A DNA stretch of 63,318 bases, filler included, from Vannella sp. (taxonomy: Eukaryota): assembly GCA_023345925.1 (NCBI GenBank). It is 6 parts of 6 records of this genome, joined end to end, with 100 filler letters (N's around TTAATTAATTAA, not from the genome) between each part and the next. Parts side by side here need not be neighbours in the genome. Positions count along the whole stretch, not along the records: positions 1 to 13,511 come from JAJQQN010001009.1; positions 13,612 to 25,777 come from JAJQQN010000571.1; 4 more parts are not named here. One strand, 5' to 3'. Position 1 is the stretch's first letter; every line of letters begins with the position of its first letter. Of the stretch, positions 12,588 to 23,254 are shown piece by piece. Under the pieces are notes generated by a model. It saw only the letters and a list, made by a program, of their open reading frames with translations. It had not been told where the DNA came from and made no database searches. Position numbers and translations under genes: made by a program.

Positions 12588-12899
12588 TTACAGGGAAGCA
12601 GGGATCTTGATGTCGCCTAAGTACATTTCGAACTTGTACTTGGTCAACACATAGTCACCTCTATGGCTCTCGTAGAACTCTTTGGTACAGTCTTTGCCAC
12701 CCAAGCGCAGAATCAGATCCTTCCCTCCCGGGTGCTTGTTCAAGTACTGCGTACAATCATAAACCTTGTCCTTGATCACGATCCAGCAGCTGTTCTCCTG
12801 ATTGTGCAAAGCAACCTCCTCCAAAGTAAAGGTCCGATGTTGCTTCTCGGGCATGTCCAGCAAAGAATGTTTCCTTTTTGGGGACATTTCCCCTTGCAT
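12588..12899 (-). CDS. Soluble cytochrome b5-like heme protein
   Basis: FTLEEVALHN, CWIVIKDKVYD, HPGG and FYESH heme ligands; no TM tail; start Met uncertain. Confidence 0.93.
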   Translation of the reverse strand: MQGEMSPKRKHSLLDMPEKQHRTFTLEEVALHNQENSCWIVIKDKVYDCTQYLNKHPGGKDLILRLGGKDCTKEFYESHRGDYVLTKYKFEMYLGDIKIPASL

Positions 12900-12990
12900 C
12901 CACCAAGCCAGTTCTTTCTTGTTTCGATATTTATCCTTTTGCGTGCGGACCCTCGGTTGGGGCTGTGTGCTTTAGTGAAATTTCAATCCC

Positions 12991-13009
12991 TTTAGGGTTT
13001 AGGGTTTAG
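12991..13009. repeat. Interstitial telomere-like repeat (TTTAGGG)2-TTTAG
   Basis: TTTAGGGTTTAGGGTTTAG seen directly. Confidence 0.55.
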
Positions 13010-13281
13010 AGCACTCGTTTTGTGTGGTGCGGACACCCTGCAAGATCGTCAGCCTTTAAGCAAATCTGCATGGAAGTTCACCCTCTCTAACGGTACCAAA
13101 GGGTCTGGGAGGTTGTTTGGAGAAGCAATTTCCAAAGATCGACGATTTATCCAAAGACAATTCCATCTTGGCTGACTACTTGATGCAAACACCACCTCAG
13201 CCACCATTTCCAGACATTGAACATTATATTCCTCTGCACCATCACCACTACCATCGCCGTTTACCTGAGTAGGTTTCTTCT

Positions 13282-13425
13282 TTTGCTGGTCGTGCGGTTG
13301 AACACAGAGATGGGGAAGCCCTTGCAGGCAATGTTCAACGCCTTCGATACATCAGTCCGCTAACTCGTCCTCCCTGACGCATCACTCACCAGGTTCTCTC
13401 CCATCACGGCCAGTCCCATCAACCC
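13282..13425 (-). pseudogene. gnd: 5' fragment of 6-phosphogluconate dehydrogenase with one intron
   Basis: GLMGLAVMGENL, then a 48-nt GTGAGT..CTGAT..AAG intron (13389-13342), then ALNIACKGFPISVFNRTTSK; similarity is lost afterwards. Confidence 0.8.
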
Positions 13426-13511
13426 AGGCTTGGTTATTGCTAAGCAACAAGCAGCATTAAGGATTTAGGGATGGCTGTTGCTCCTTGTTGCTCGGCTTTT
13501 ACCAACAGCTG

Positions 13512-13611
13512 NNNNNNNNNNNNNNNNNNNNNNNNNNNNNNNNNNNNNNNNNNNNTTAATTAATTAANNNNNNNNNNNNNNNNNNNNNNNNNNNNNNNNN
13601 NNNNNNNNNNN
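13512..13611. other. Artificial contig linker
   Basis: N44-TTAATTAATTAA-N44, with stops in all six frames. Confidence 0.98.
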
Positions 13612-14630
13612 ACCGTCAATGATGAGGATTCCGAACTGGATGGAGAAGCAGTCATCGTTATCGGTGATTCTGAATTAGGAGGAGATTCCGTGGCTGATGC
13701 AGATCCTGAACTGGATGAAGAACCTGTGATTGATGAGGTTTCTGAACTGGATGGAGAGTCCGTGACAGATGAAGATCCCGAACTGGATGGAGAGCCCGTG
13801 ATAGATGGAGATCCCGATCTAGATGGAGTTTCCGAACTGGATGGAGATGTTGTGACGGATGCAGAGCCTGAACGGGAAGGAGAACCTGTGATTGACGAGG
13901 ATTCAGAAATGGATGGAGAAGTAGTGATTGATGGAGTTTCAGAACTGGAGAGAGAAACTGTGAGAGACGGGGTTCCTGAACTAGAAAGAGAGGCCGCGAT
14001 TGATGGGGTTTGTGAACTGGATGAAGAACCCGTGGCTGATGTGGATCTTGATCTGGATGGGGAACCCGTGAGAGATTCAGATCCTGAACCAGATGAAGAA
14101 CCCGTAACTGATACAGATCCTGAGGTAGAAAGAGAACCCGCGACTGATGCAGATCCTGTAATGGATAGAGAAGCTGTGACAGAAGGAGATGGGGAAGCCG
14201 TGACTGATGGAGATGCTGAACTGGATGAAGAAGCCGTGACTGATCCTGAGCTAGATGGAGAAGCTATGACTGATCCAGATGCTGAACTAGAAGGGAAAGC
14301 CGTGGAGGATGCAGATCCTGAACTAGATGAGGAAACCGTGACAGATGGAGATCCTGAACTTGATAGGGATGCCGTGGCTGATCCAGATGCTGAACTAGAT
14401 GGAGAAGCCGTGACAGATGGAGACCCTGAACTAGATGGAGAAGCCGTGACTGATGGAGAAGCCGTGACAGATGGAGACCCTGAACTAGATGGAGAAGCCG
14501 TGACAGATGGAGAAGCCGTGACAGACGGAGAAGCCGTGACAGATGGAGACCCTGAACTAGATGGAGAAGCCGTGACAGACGGAGACCCTGAACTAGACGG
14601 AGAAGTCGTGACAGATGGAGACCCTGAACA
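13612..14630 (-). repeat. Coding minisatellite (18/36-bp units) encoding S-P-S-V-T-A / S-S-S-G
   Basis: Repeated GATGGAGAAGCCGTGACA / GATGGAGACCCTGAACTA units, most perfect at 14400-14620. Confidence 0.9.
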
Positions 14631-16322
14631 TGAAACAGTAGCGGAAGCTGTCTTACATAAGCTTAAGAGGATGGAGTTGGACTTGAATTGGGAGACATTC
14701 AGGTTCGAGTGGATTTGCCCATCCCCCGCTAGCGATTGGTTGGTAAAGTTACCACTTGCTCCACGTTTACCAGCCGTAACATTCACAGTTCCGATACCTC
14801 CGATGGCTACGTTCACTAGGTCTCTTGCAATCATGGCTTGAACGGCGAGAAAGGACGAATTAGAAGCAGAGGTAGCGAAGAAACCTCCTCCTCCTCCTCC
14901 TCCTCCCCCATGCTGCGCTTCAGTTCCAAAACCGTCTGCTCCATTCAAGTTCCAATTAAAGTTGCCCACGCTAAGCCCGGTTTGGTTATTGCAGAGGATA
15001 ACTGCAGTCCCTCCTGCACTTCCTATGTTTCTGTGAGTTTCACCAAATCACTTCCAATCCCGGTTACCTCCTGGTCCTCCGTCATCCCTCGTGGTCATTG
15101 GCTGATTGATTCCCCCATGCAGTTGAATGGTTGGTCTGCTTGCTGGATTTGCTGAAAGTGGTTCAATCGTGGATAACGCGTGGATGTAAAGAAGGCCTCC
15201 TCCTGAGGGATTGAGAAGAGGAGGGTCGTCACTATTCCGAGCAGTTCCACCTCCACCACCACCTGTGAGTGGTTAATGGGAGTTTCATTGGAAAAGGAGG
15301 ATTGGCCTACCAAGAAAGAGTCTTTCAGTTGCATTTAGAGGTACAGAGGCACCTCCAAGACCTCCTGAAGCTGTTGCAGTCAAGTTAGTAAACTTTCCTC
15401 CGTCTCCTCCAGCGCCAGCATTCGCACCACCTCCTCCTCCGGTATCAGTGAAGATTGCTCCTCCGCCAGCGTTACCAGGAGCCCCCATTCCGCAATCAAA
15501 CTTCTCAGGATAAGTGGTAGGAGATGAGCAAGGGCAAGTGGTTTGGGCCTGAGGAGGTGAAGGGCAGTTATAGCCAGGCTGTCCAATGAACCCTTCACCT
15601 TTGGGGCCGTTGAACCTTGAGACGTTGGTCACTCGTTCACACGAGGAGTTGTCCCGAAAGTTCCAGACGTTACTGGGGAGGCTGTTAAAGGAGTCGGACG
15701 GAAAGTCTGGAGCCCCGCGGAAGCCTTTGTTGTTCATTGAGACGTCTCCCAGGATAACTTTGTCAGCAAGTACCACGTAGACGCCACCAACAGAGCCATC
15801 CCACGGGGGAACGTACGGATTGTTCACCGTCATTTGGTTGCAAAAGATCACTTCTATCACCTGGAAGCGGTTGTTCCCAGTACTGAAGTAGCTGTTCGTT
15901 AGATTCTTCGTAATACTGATGGTCGCCTGCGACGTGGACTCTGAAAGGATGGACGAGACAACGGCAAACTCGTACAGTCCAGCACTTCCGAGCGCTTCGT
16001 AACCATTACCCGTGCCCTTACCAGAGCCGTAGAACGTTGAGTTCGTGTTGTTGATGGTTCCTCCTTGCATTTGGATGATCATCAGAACGCTTCCCTCAAC
16101 CATCAAGGGGAGAGACCCTACAACAGTCGGCAGACGTTGAACCGAAAGAGTTTGGTCCTTTGCATACAGACCAGCCCAATACTTGTTTCCAGGCAGACAG
16201 ACGGGTGGACACAACGTCTGAACTCCGCACATCAAGGACAACAACACTGAGAGCAACAGAAGCATCAGAACTGCGAGCGGCCAAAAAAGTGAACTTCCTT
16301 TTTCGGCCCTATTGTCTCGCAT
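13612..16322 (-). CDS. Secreted/surface Gly-rich protein with long Ser/Thr/Pro mucin-like stalk (3' truncated by contig end)
   Basis: Hydrophobic signal; VLMIIQMQGG..YG..AGLYEF; PPWDGSVGGV; several poly-Gly tracts; introns near 15310-15263 and 15067-15023; SSSGSPSVTASP repeats. Confidence 0.85.
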
Positions 16323-16449
16323 TCTTCTGGTCCAGGCCGCTCGTACAATAAATAATCAAACGAGATGTTGAGCATGGCCGGCGCTGAATGGGACGGGGAA
16401 TGTCCTGTGATAAATGTCCCGAATCAATCCGGGCAATGTATCGCCATGA

Positions 16450-16630
16450 TGCCGTCATTATGATGAGATTCATTATTTCTCATTCTGTGACGATCTGTGA
16501 CTCGTTGACTACTCGTTCCTGGTTCAGATAGCTACTATCTGTGGATACAAACACGCGCATCTAGGCCCTGGTAAAGATCTGCCTTTAGCCGCTAAAACAG
16601 GCCGATTCAATGCCTCTGAAAGAGACGGCA
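16450..16630 (+). ncRNA. Candidate box C/D snoRNA
   Basis: Terminal stem TGCCGTC (16450-16456) / GACGGCA (16624-16630) enclosing box C ATGATGA (16460-16466) and box D CTGA (16616-16619); intergenic. Confidence 0.5.
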
Positions 16631-16689
16631 ACGGCAGTGAAATGTAATAATGACGTGATAAGTATTCACTCACTGGAGAGTATTGTTTG

Positions 16690-17347
16690 ATGAGCGTAAG
16701 CGGGCTGGATGGTGGAGGGAGCGCTCCTGATGATGGGAAAGGGGTTGCCAGAAGGCTGGGTCACGAAGGAGTCGAAGAGTCGACCAAATGTGTTCTTCTA
16801 CTTTAACTCAGTCACCGGGGAGACTCAGTGGGAGAAGCCCACTGCTCCTGCCAAGAGAGCAACGGCCAAACAAGTCAAGTGCTCTCACCTGCTTGTGAAG
16901 CACAGAGATTCCCGCCGTCCTGCATCATGGAAGGAGGTTAGAACACCCTCTTGTGATAAGTGGTCTCTAAACCGTCACAGGATCCCATCACACGATCCAA
17001 GGAAGAAGCCATTGCCAAACTGACTGGTACGCGTGCCCCTTTCCCAACGCGCTCAACACCTCATCATAGTACAGAGTTCCGTAGGCGCATTGAGTCAGGC
17101 GAAGTGAGCTTCAAGGACCTCGCCAAAGTGGAAAGCGATTGCTCCTCCGCCAAAAGCGGAGGAGATCTCGGTCTCTTCGGCCCTGGACAGATGCAAAAGG
17201 CCTTCGAAGACGCCTCGTATGTCCTACATCTCCCTCTCTCACCCTCACGCCCTCTAACAAGCCCTCAGCTTCGCCTTGCAAGTCGGCCAACTCAGCGGCA
17301 TCGTAGACACCGACTCGGGCGTCCACGTGATCCTACGCACTGCTTAA
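16690..17347 (+). CDS. PIN1: Peptidyl-prolyl isomerase Pin1/Ess1 (WW + parvulin)
   Basis: LPEGW..YFNSVTGETQWEKP; CSHLLVKHRDSRRPASWKE; SDCSSAKSGGDLGLFGPGQMQKAFED; DSGVHVILRTA; several short introns; probable start 16690 with intron 16696-16741. Confidence 0.95.
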
Positions 17348-17820
17348 ACCTCCTAATAAACGTAAAACGTGAAAAGGGCCATTATTTAGGCGCCTGCGCT
17401 CGGTTGGGTACGTCAACCGGTTCATGGATGGGGAAGGAGCGGTATTGATGGTGGGAGAGTAGACTTGGCTTGTAGGACGATGGGATCGTGCTTTTCTTCA
17501 AGGAGTAGTGGTGGTCCTCCTGCTGACTTTTGCTTGGGCGAGCCTCAGGGGTTCCGGAAGGTTCAGGGTTGGGACGCTGAACAACAGAAGATCACCCGCG
17601 AAGATGAATCTGCTCCTGCAGGTACTCCAACTGGATGACAGATACGAATTAGAACGTCTTGTCTCCTCCTGTACTCTCCCTGCCGCTTGGCAGTGTACCA
17701 TATGATCAATAAGGTCCTTTGCAACGCTCTGTTCCCTTTTATGTGTCTCCAGGGAGTAGATGCGCCCCTCACGCCCATCCACACCCAAAGAACCGAAGAA
17801 GCGACCAACTCCTTCATTTC

Positions 17821-18555
17821 ATGGCCTTCTCCCGCTTAGCGAGACCCCGTAGGGTGATCTCTTTGCTTGTGGCATCAATGCTGGTGTTCATGATTTGGCA
17901 GACAAAGGCAAAGGCAGCTTCTTCTCGGTCGGACGGGAGAGGAACCTCCATGTGGGCCCCTCGCGTTGTGTCCTCTACGAGTAGTTCTGTTCGTTATCAG
18001 ATCTTTGAAGAGAACGGGGATGTTCTATTGACTTGCCAGCGCTTCACTACGCTGCTGCAGGAGAGCGAGGCCTTTGGGGAGTTCTTTAACGAGCTCTTGG
18101 CAACGGGGAACGCCTTCCCGGGCTTCTTTTGGGAGACCAAACCGATGCGGCATGGTTACATGACTGAAGTACTCGAGTTCACCGTATCCCGAGCACCTGC
18201 CTTGGAGAGGATAGAAGCTGACCCTCAAACCTTCGAGAAGCTCCAAGAAGGGAAAGAGAACGGTGCTGTGAGCTTCCTAAACTTGGGGAAGGATGCCGTA
18301 TTGGTGTCTCCCTTCCCCAACGCTCAACAGGACCTCCAATCGTACGCGCACCTCGCCAACTTCGTCCGACAAGCGCCCTCCTCTCAGCAGCTCCAGCTCT
18401 GGCGACTCGTTGGCATGGAGCTCGCTCAGCGCATAGCTCTGCGATCAGGCCAGCCTGTGTGGATCAGCACTTCAGGTCTGGGTGTCTATTGGCTTCATGT
18501 TCGCATCTGCAACTCTCCCAAATATTACGTTACAGACGACTTCAAACGTGTGTAA
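17821..18555 (+). CDS. Conserved uncharacterised protein (DUF6940-like) with N-terminal signal anchor
   Basis: FFWETKP, FLNLGKDAVLVSP, YAHLANFVRQAP, WISTSGLGVYWLHVR..PKYY motifs recalled from a bacterial/protist family. Confidence 0.7.
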   Translation: MAFSRLARPRRVISLLVASMLVFMIWQTKAKAASSRSDGRGTSMWAPRVVSSTSSSVRYQIFEENGDVLLTCQRFTTLLQESEAFGEFFNELLATGNAFPGFFWETKPMRHGYMTEVLEFTVSRAPALERIEADPQTFEKLQEGKENGAVSFLNLGKDAVLVSPFPNAQQDLQSYAHLANFVRQAPSSQQLQLWRLVGMELAQRIALRSGQPVWISTSGLGVYWLHVRICNSPKYYVTDDFKRV

Positions 18556-18637
18556 TACAATTTAAATAATATTGGCGTGATCAAAAATTAATTTGAGAGA
18601 GGTTTTCGAAACTCAGTCATTTTCTGTTGGAGCGGGG

Positions 18638-20443
18638 ATGACGGACCCTTTGACTTTAGCTGCGATGCAGAAACGCAGGGACAGAGCTTCTAGTAGAAAC
18701 CTAGAGACCGGAAGCCGATATGGGATGCTGTCGGGGGCGGTAGAGGAGGAAGAAGAGGAAGAGGAGGAGAGCAGCAGTTCAGAGGACGAAGAAGTGGATG
18801 AGGAGCTGCTTGCAGAAGTGAAAAAGGAGTATCCTTATCTAGCCATCACCAGAAAGATCAAGAGGAAACTCAAAAAGATAGCACGGGCTGCCAAAGTGGA
18901 ACAGGAGGAGCCAGCCAACACGGAAGTGGTAAACAAAGCCCTTGCCCCTCCTGTTCCAGAGGAGGAGCTCAGCACACTACTCGACACCTTCTTTGAGTAC
19001 AGCTGGTACATGAATCCTCCTTCCCCTTCATGAAGAGGCCTTGCTGACCACCAGACGGCCAGGTACATCAACATCGGCATGCTAGCTTGCACCATCTCCT
19101 TCTGGTTGCCCAATCTTTACGCTCCGATCTTCCCCTTACAAGACATCAACCTCACCTCGATGATGCAGAACATCGTGGGCGCCTTTGTGATGGGACTGGC
19201 GAGAAACTTCTCTTCTGTCAAGTACCAGTATCCGCAGACCTACAAGATCTACGGAGCCACTACGGGCGTGTTCTGTAGTATCTTCACTACCTTCGCTAAC
19301 GTGGTAGATGACACAGGGCACCTCTTCCTGACCGGGGAGTGGTACGCCTCTCCGCTGAACCTTTTCCTGAATCTCTCGCTTTCCCTTATCTCCTACGAGA
19401 TCGGTGCGTTACTGGTGATGTCTCTATATCTCGTTAGCTTATACGCATGCTAGCTCGTCGCCTCTCTCGGCGCATTAAGAAGGAGATCAACCTTGAGGTT
19501 GACACAGGTACGTTTTGGCTCTCTCTCTGCTGCTAGTTCTGATCAAGAGTAGCCCGACTGGAGAATGCAGAGAACAGGATGCAGTTAGAGATTGAGAAGG
19601 AGCTAGAGAAGGACATAAGTGACTTTTCGGGAGACTCTCTCCATGAATACTTGCGCCAGGATGCCTCTGCTATCTATTTAGATCACAGTTCTAACTCTGT
19701 AGAGGAAGTAGAAAAGCTTCGTACCCTCTTGGTGAAGAAGGTGATTGGATTTGGCCATCTTTTGATATGGAACTCACTTTTCCCGCTCACAGAAAGAGCG
19801 CCGTCTTACCCCTTGGCCGCTTTGGGGCCATTGGTTAATTTATTCAGTTCTGGCATTGATCAGCATTGTCAATATCATCGTTGTTATCCTCTTCGCGGTG
19901 TATCGGACCTCTGACTTTACCACCTCCCTCCCAGCGTGGTTCCCTAACGCCCGGAACGAGTTCCTTTTGTACGATTACTTTATCTTCTGTCTCCTCTCCA
20001 TTGTGGGAGCGTTGCTTGGTAATTACCTTTCAAACGCAGGTGGATATAACATGACGCGGAGTGTGCAATGGGGAACCTTCCGAGTGAACATGATGTCCTG
20101 CATCATTATTGGTACTATTAACAACCTCACACTATTCGGCAGCTCTCTCACAGAATCGGAGTACATTTCCATTGTTTTCTACCGCTTTGTGGTCGGTTTC
20201 TGTGGATCTTTCTCCTCCTTTGGTGGGTTAATGGATGAAACAATCATTCTCTTCCACAACAAAGTGTGGAAGCGTCGCCGAAACTGTTTCCGCAACCTCT
20301 TTTACAACCTTTTTGTGTGTATTGGAGTGTATCTGATCGTTATTTTGTCCGTCCGTGTGGCTGTATTCTTCCGTTATTGGAGTCCCGATAGTGCCGTCTT
20401 CCTTTGTGGAAAGGAAGACATTTTCTCGTGCTTTATCTTCTAA
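18638..20443 (+). CDS. FEX-type fluoride export channel (two CrcB/Fluc domains)
   Basis: NIVGAFVMG..TTGVFCSIFTTF in domain 1; WGTFRVNMMSC..GFCGSFSSFG in domain 2; multiple introns; acidic N-terminus. Confidence 0.85.
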
Positions 20444-20456
20444 ACCTGCTAACAAT

Positions 20457-21731
20457 CTACTCTTCATCCCACAGAAACAGGGGGTTATTCAGTAGCTGTG
20501 CCAGCGCCTTGTTGTATGGTGCCACCAGCGCCTTGAGCTGAGTACGAATGAGCGGATCAAGCGGTGGATAGTCACTGCCTGCATCACTGGCGCCCACTTG
20601 TAAGCTCCTTGGTTGCTTGTTATTGGTGACAATCGCTTGCTTGGATCCGGCGGCGCTGCGGGGATTGACTATGTTAAAAGTCTTAGAGACTACCTTCTGC
20701 CAGTCAAAGGTAGTCTCATCAATACCAAGGAACTTAGCAAGGTCTTCCATAACCCTCGCTGGCTTTGCATAGAAATCCTCGCTTCGAATGATCCGAATCT
20801 GATTGGAAGGGAAGATCTTGTGCCACTGGTAAATCTGATGAATGTAGAGACTATACTGTAGCCCACTACGTTGGCAGTTACTTGATATCGTCTCTGGAAG
20901 ACACAAATGGGCTAACTTTGGTCCCGCTCGGCATTTAGTCGAGTTGTTGGGCCAAATCATGCGAAGTAAGGACCGATAACAGCCATCAAACTCTTGAATA
21001 GTAGCCTCATTGAGGTCATTTTTGATCTCATGAAGACGGCAATGTCTTACCATCTCCATTTCACTCTCCATACACTGCTGGAAGATCTCACTATGAGTGA
21101 ATCCGGAAATATCAAAGCGCCCTGCCTCCGAAGGGAGGATTCTAAGGGCTTTGCGGAACCAATAGTCGGAGTAAGAGCGGTCGATAGGGTTGCGGAGAAG
21201 TATAATCACCTTCACATGAGGCAGTGCCTGAAACACTCTTTGTGCCACACCAGGGGCACAAATGTACATTGGCGTAGCTTCGCCTGTGATCATCCCGTGG
21301 TTCTCTGAGTACTGCGAGTCAAATTCCTGTGGTGGGATGGAAGGGAAGATGTCCAGATAGAAGTTAACGGCCTCTTGAAGGCCGTGTTCCTTGACAAGCT
21401 CGGAAAAGGTGGGTTCGTTAAAGAAGCGGATTTCCTTCTCTGCGACAATGGTTCGTTGATTGGATGGACCGAACGTGGTTCTGTTCAATGGTAGGACCTG
21501 GGGATGAGCCAGTAGGTAGCTCCACAACGATGTTGTCCCCGACTTCATCGCGCCTGCCACTATAAACTGCGGTGCGCAGTACTTTCGGCCTTCAGGAACC
21601 CAGCAACCTGGCGACATGATCTCTCCCTTCTGATCTGGACCCTGCTTCCACCCCCAGCCCACCAGCAGAACCCCCACAAGTAAGAAGACGCAAACGGCGA
21701 TCATCCCGCAGGCTGCCATTCGACACCGCAT
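20457..21731 (-). CDS. Golgi type II sulfotransferase (heparan sulfate 3-O/NDST-like family)
   Basis: PAPS loop GAMKSGTTSL, KEIRFF, GEATPMY, LRNPIDRSYS; N-terminal TM. Confidence 0.92.
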   Translation of the reverse strand: MRCRMAACGMIAVCVFLLVGVLLVGWGWKQGPDQKGEIMSPGCWVPEGRKYCAPQFIVAGAMKSGTTSLWSYLLAHPQVLPLNRTTFGPSNQRTIVAEKEIRFFNEPTFSELVKEHGLQEAVNFYLDIFPSIPPQEFDSQYSENHGMITGEATPMYICAPGVAQRVFQALPHVKVIILLRNPIDRSYSDYWFRKALRILPSEAGRFDISGFTHSEIFQQCMESEMEMVRHCRLHEIKNDLNEATIQEFDGCYRSLLRMIWPNNSTKCRAGPKLAHLCLPETISSNCQRSGLQYSLYIHQIYQWHKIFPSNQIRIIRSEDFYAKPARVMEDLAKFLGIDETTFDWQKVVSKTFNIVNPRSAAGSKQAIVTNNKQPRSLQVGASDAGSDYPPLDPLIRTQLKALVAPYNKALAQLLNNPLFLWDEE

Positions 21732-21818
21732 GCGCGAGGGCAGCTAAAAATGAGTCAGGCTATTGGTTTGTACAATGTACACCTCACTCTTGGTTCATTT
21801 CATGCACTCTCCTTCAGA

Positions 21819-23233
21819 ATGAAGAGATTACGGCTTGTTGGGGTGGTCTTCTTGTTCTTCCTCTTGATAGAGAGCTTCTTCAACCTTCCTGAGGGCGTGA
21901 AACAAGAATGTGGGTCATCTCCTTGTATGTGGTAGTGCATCGTTGACAGAGGAAGACACACGAGCCCTAAAGGAAGAGGCGCCGACGAGCAGGGTGGTTG
22001 TGGACGATCTAAGTCCACATAGCGATCGTGCATGGCTTCAAGTACTTCAGTATGGAGACATAGTTGATCTACGGCCGATAAGAAGTCAAGTGGCGGGACT
22101 AGCAGACAAGTGGAGGGCGAGATTCAGCAGCGGAGAGGAAGCGATGATCAAACTCGTCGAAACCTGGTCCTTTCTTCCCAAGCAGTGGCCAACAAGGGTA
22201 CGAAAGACATCTCCACTACACAAGGTTCTCATTAGAGCTAATAGGCGTCATCCTACCTGTTGGAACAAGGAGTTGCTGTGTTCAGAGCGGACAGGAAGCT
22301 GCAAGGCTCCCAAGAGATTGCTGGCTTCTACTTGGATAGAGTCCTTGGACTCTATCGTAAACCTACTGTTGTGGGTCGCTACCTCTCATCCGATATCCTG
22401 TTTGGGAGCTCTTCTCGATTCAATGGCAAGTGACTCAGTCTCTTCTGCCCTTCAAGCACTTACGGGCACCTTCAGAGGACCCTAATGCTAGCAAGAAGCT
22501 TGCTTTTGCAGAGCAACCTATTCCAGTCTCCGTTCATGCTTGGATGGATGGGTTAGAGCGGAAAGAGCCCTCCCGGGACATAAGAGACTATTTGACTTTT
22601 CCGCCCTTTCGGGCTCCTTTGGTCCTCAATGCTAGCGAGCATGAGAGTGCTCTTGATGTTAGTGATACGCTTATCTTCGATTATCTGATAGACGGTGAGC
22701 CATTGGGTGAGGGAATGTCCATCTGATTCATGTCCAAGACAGATCATGACCGGGAGAAGCCTCACAATTGGATCGCAGACGCAAACAAACAGCTCCTATT
22801 GTGGGACAGTGGCTTGGCCTTTGCTCACGGTCCAACGGGGAAGGAAAGCTGCTTGAACATTCTTTGTGGCCCAGACCGTTGGAGAGTGGACAGTGATAAG
22901 TCACCTTCTAAACAAGACCAGAAGCCATGCAGGAGGATTTGCAGGTTTCGAGAGAGTACAGTCAGAAAGCTATCAGAGATGGCCACCCGAAACGCAACTG
23001 CGTTGTCCAATGGGCAAACCGTTGGCACCCTTTTCCGTGCTGCATTGAAGGCTGACCTCATTCATCCAGTTCTCAGGTTCCCTCTTTACTACACGTCCTT
23101 GTCAGGCTACCCCAAAATCCACTTTCCAGAAGAAGAGTTCGCCATTGGACTGGACACGAAAGTGGATCGGCTTTTGGTTCACATCGACGACTGTCTCCGC
23201 CAGTATGGCGCAGACCGAGTCATTCTGCGTTAA
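21819..23233 (+). CDS. Fam20/Four-jointed-like secretory pathway kinase
   Basis: N-terminal TM; AMIK; EIAGFYLDRVLG..KPTVVGR; IFDYLID/DHDR; LLLWDSGLAF; multiple introns. Confidence 0.75.
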
Positions 23234-23254
23234 ATATTCATAAGTGCGAACATC

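Noticed and set aside
13512..13611. Recurrent TTAATTAATTAA palindrome within N runs (five times)
   Set aside because: Identical 100-nt artificial contig joiner, not biological; no synteny inferred across it
14400..14620. Regular repeats as a possible CRISPR array
   Set aside because: Coding tandem repeats without unique spacers; eukaryotic context and no cas genes
13690..14841. 383-aa acidic DGDPELDGEAVT repeat ORF on the + strand
   Set aside because: Antisense shadow of the Ser/Pro/Thr stalk; the minus strand has the signal peptide and splice sites
17390..17710. Possible small minus-strand gene between Pin1 and the DUF gene
   Set aside because: No recognisable motif and no confident exon structure
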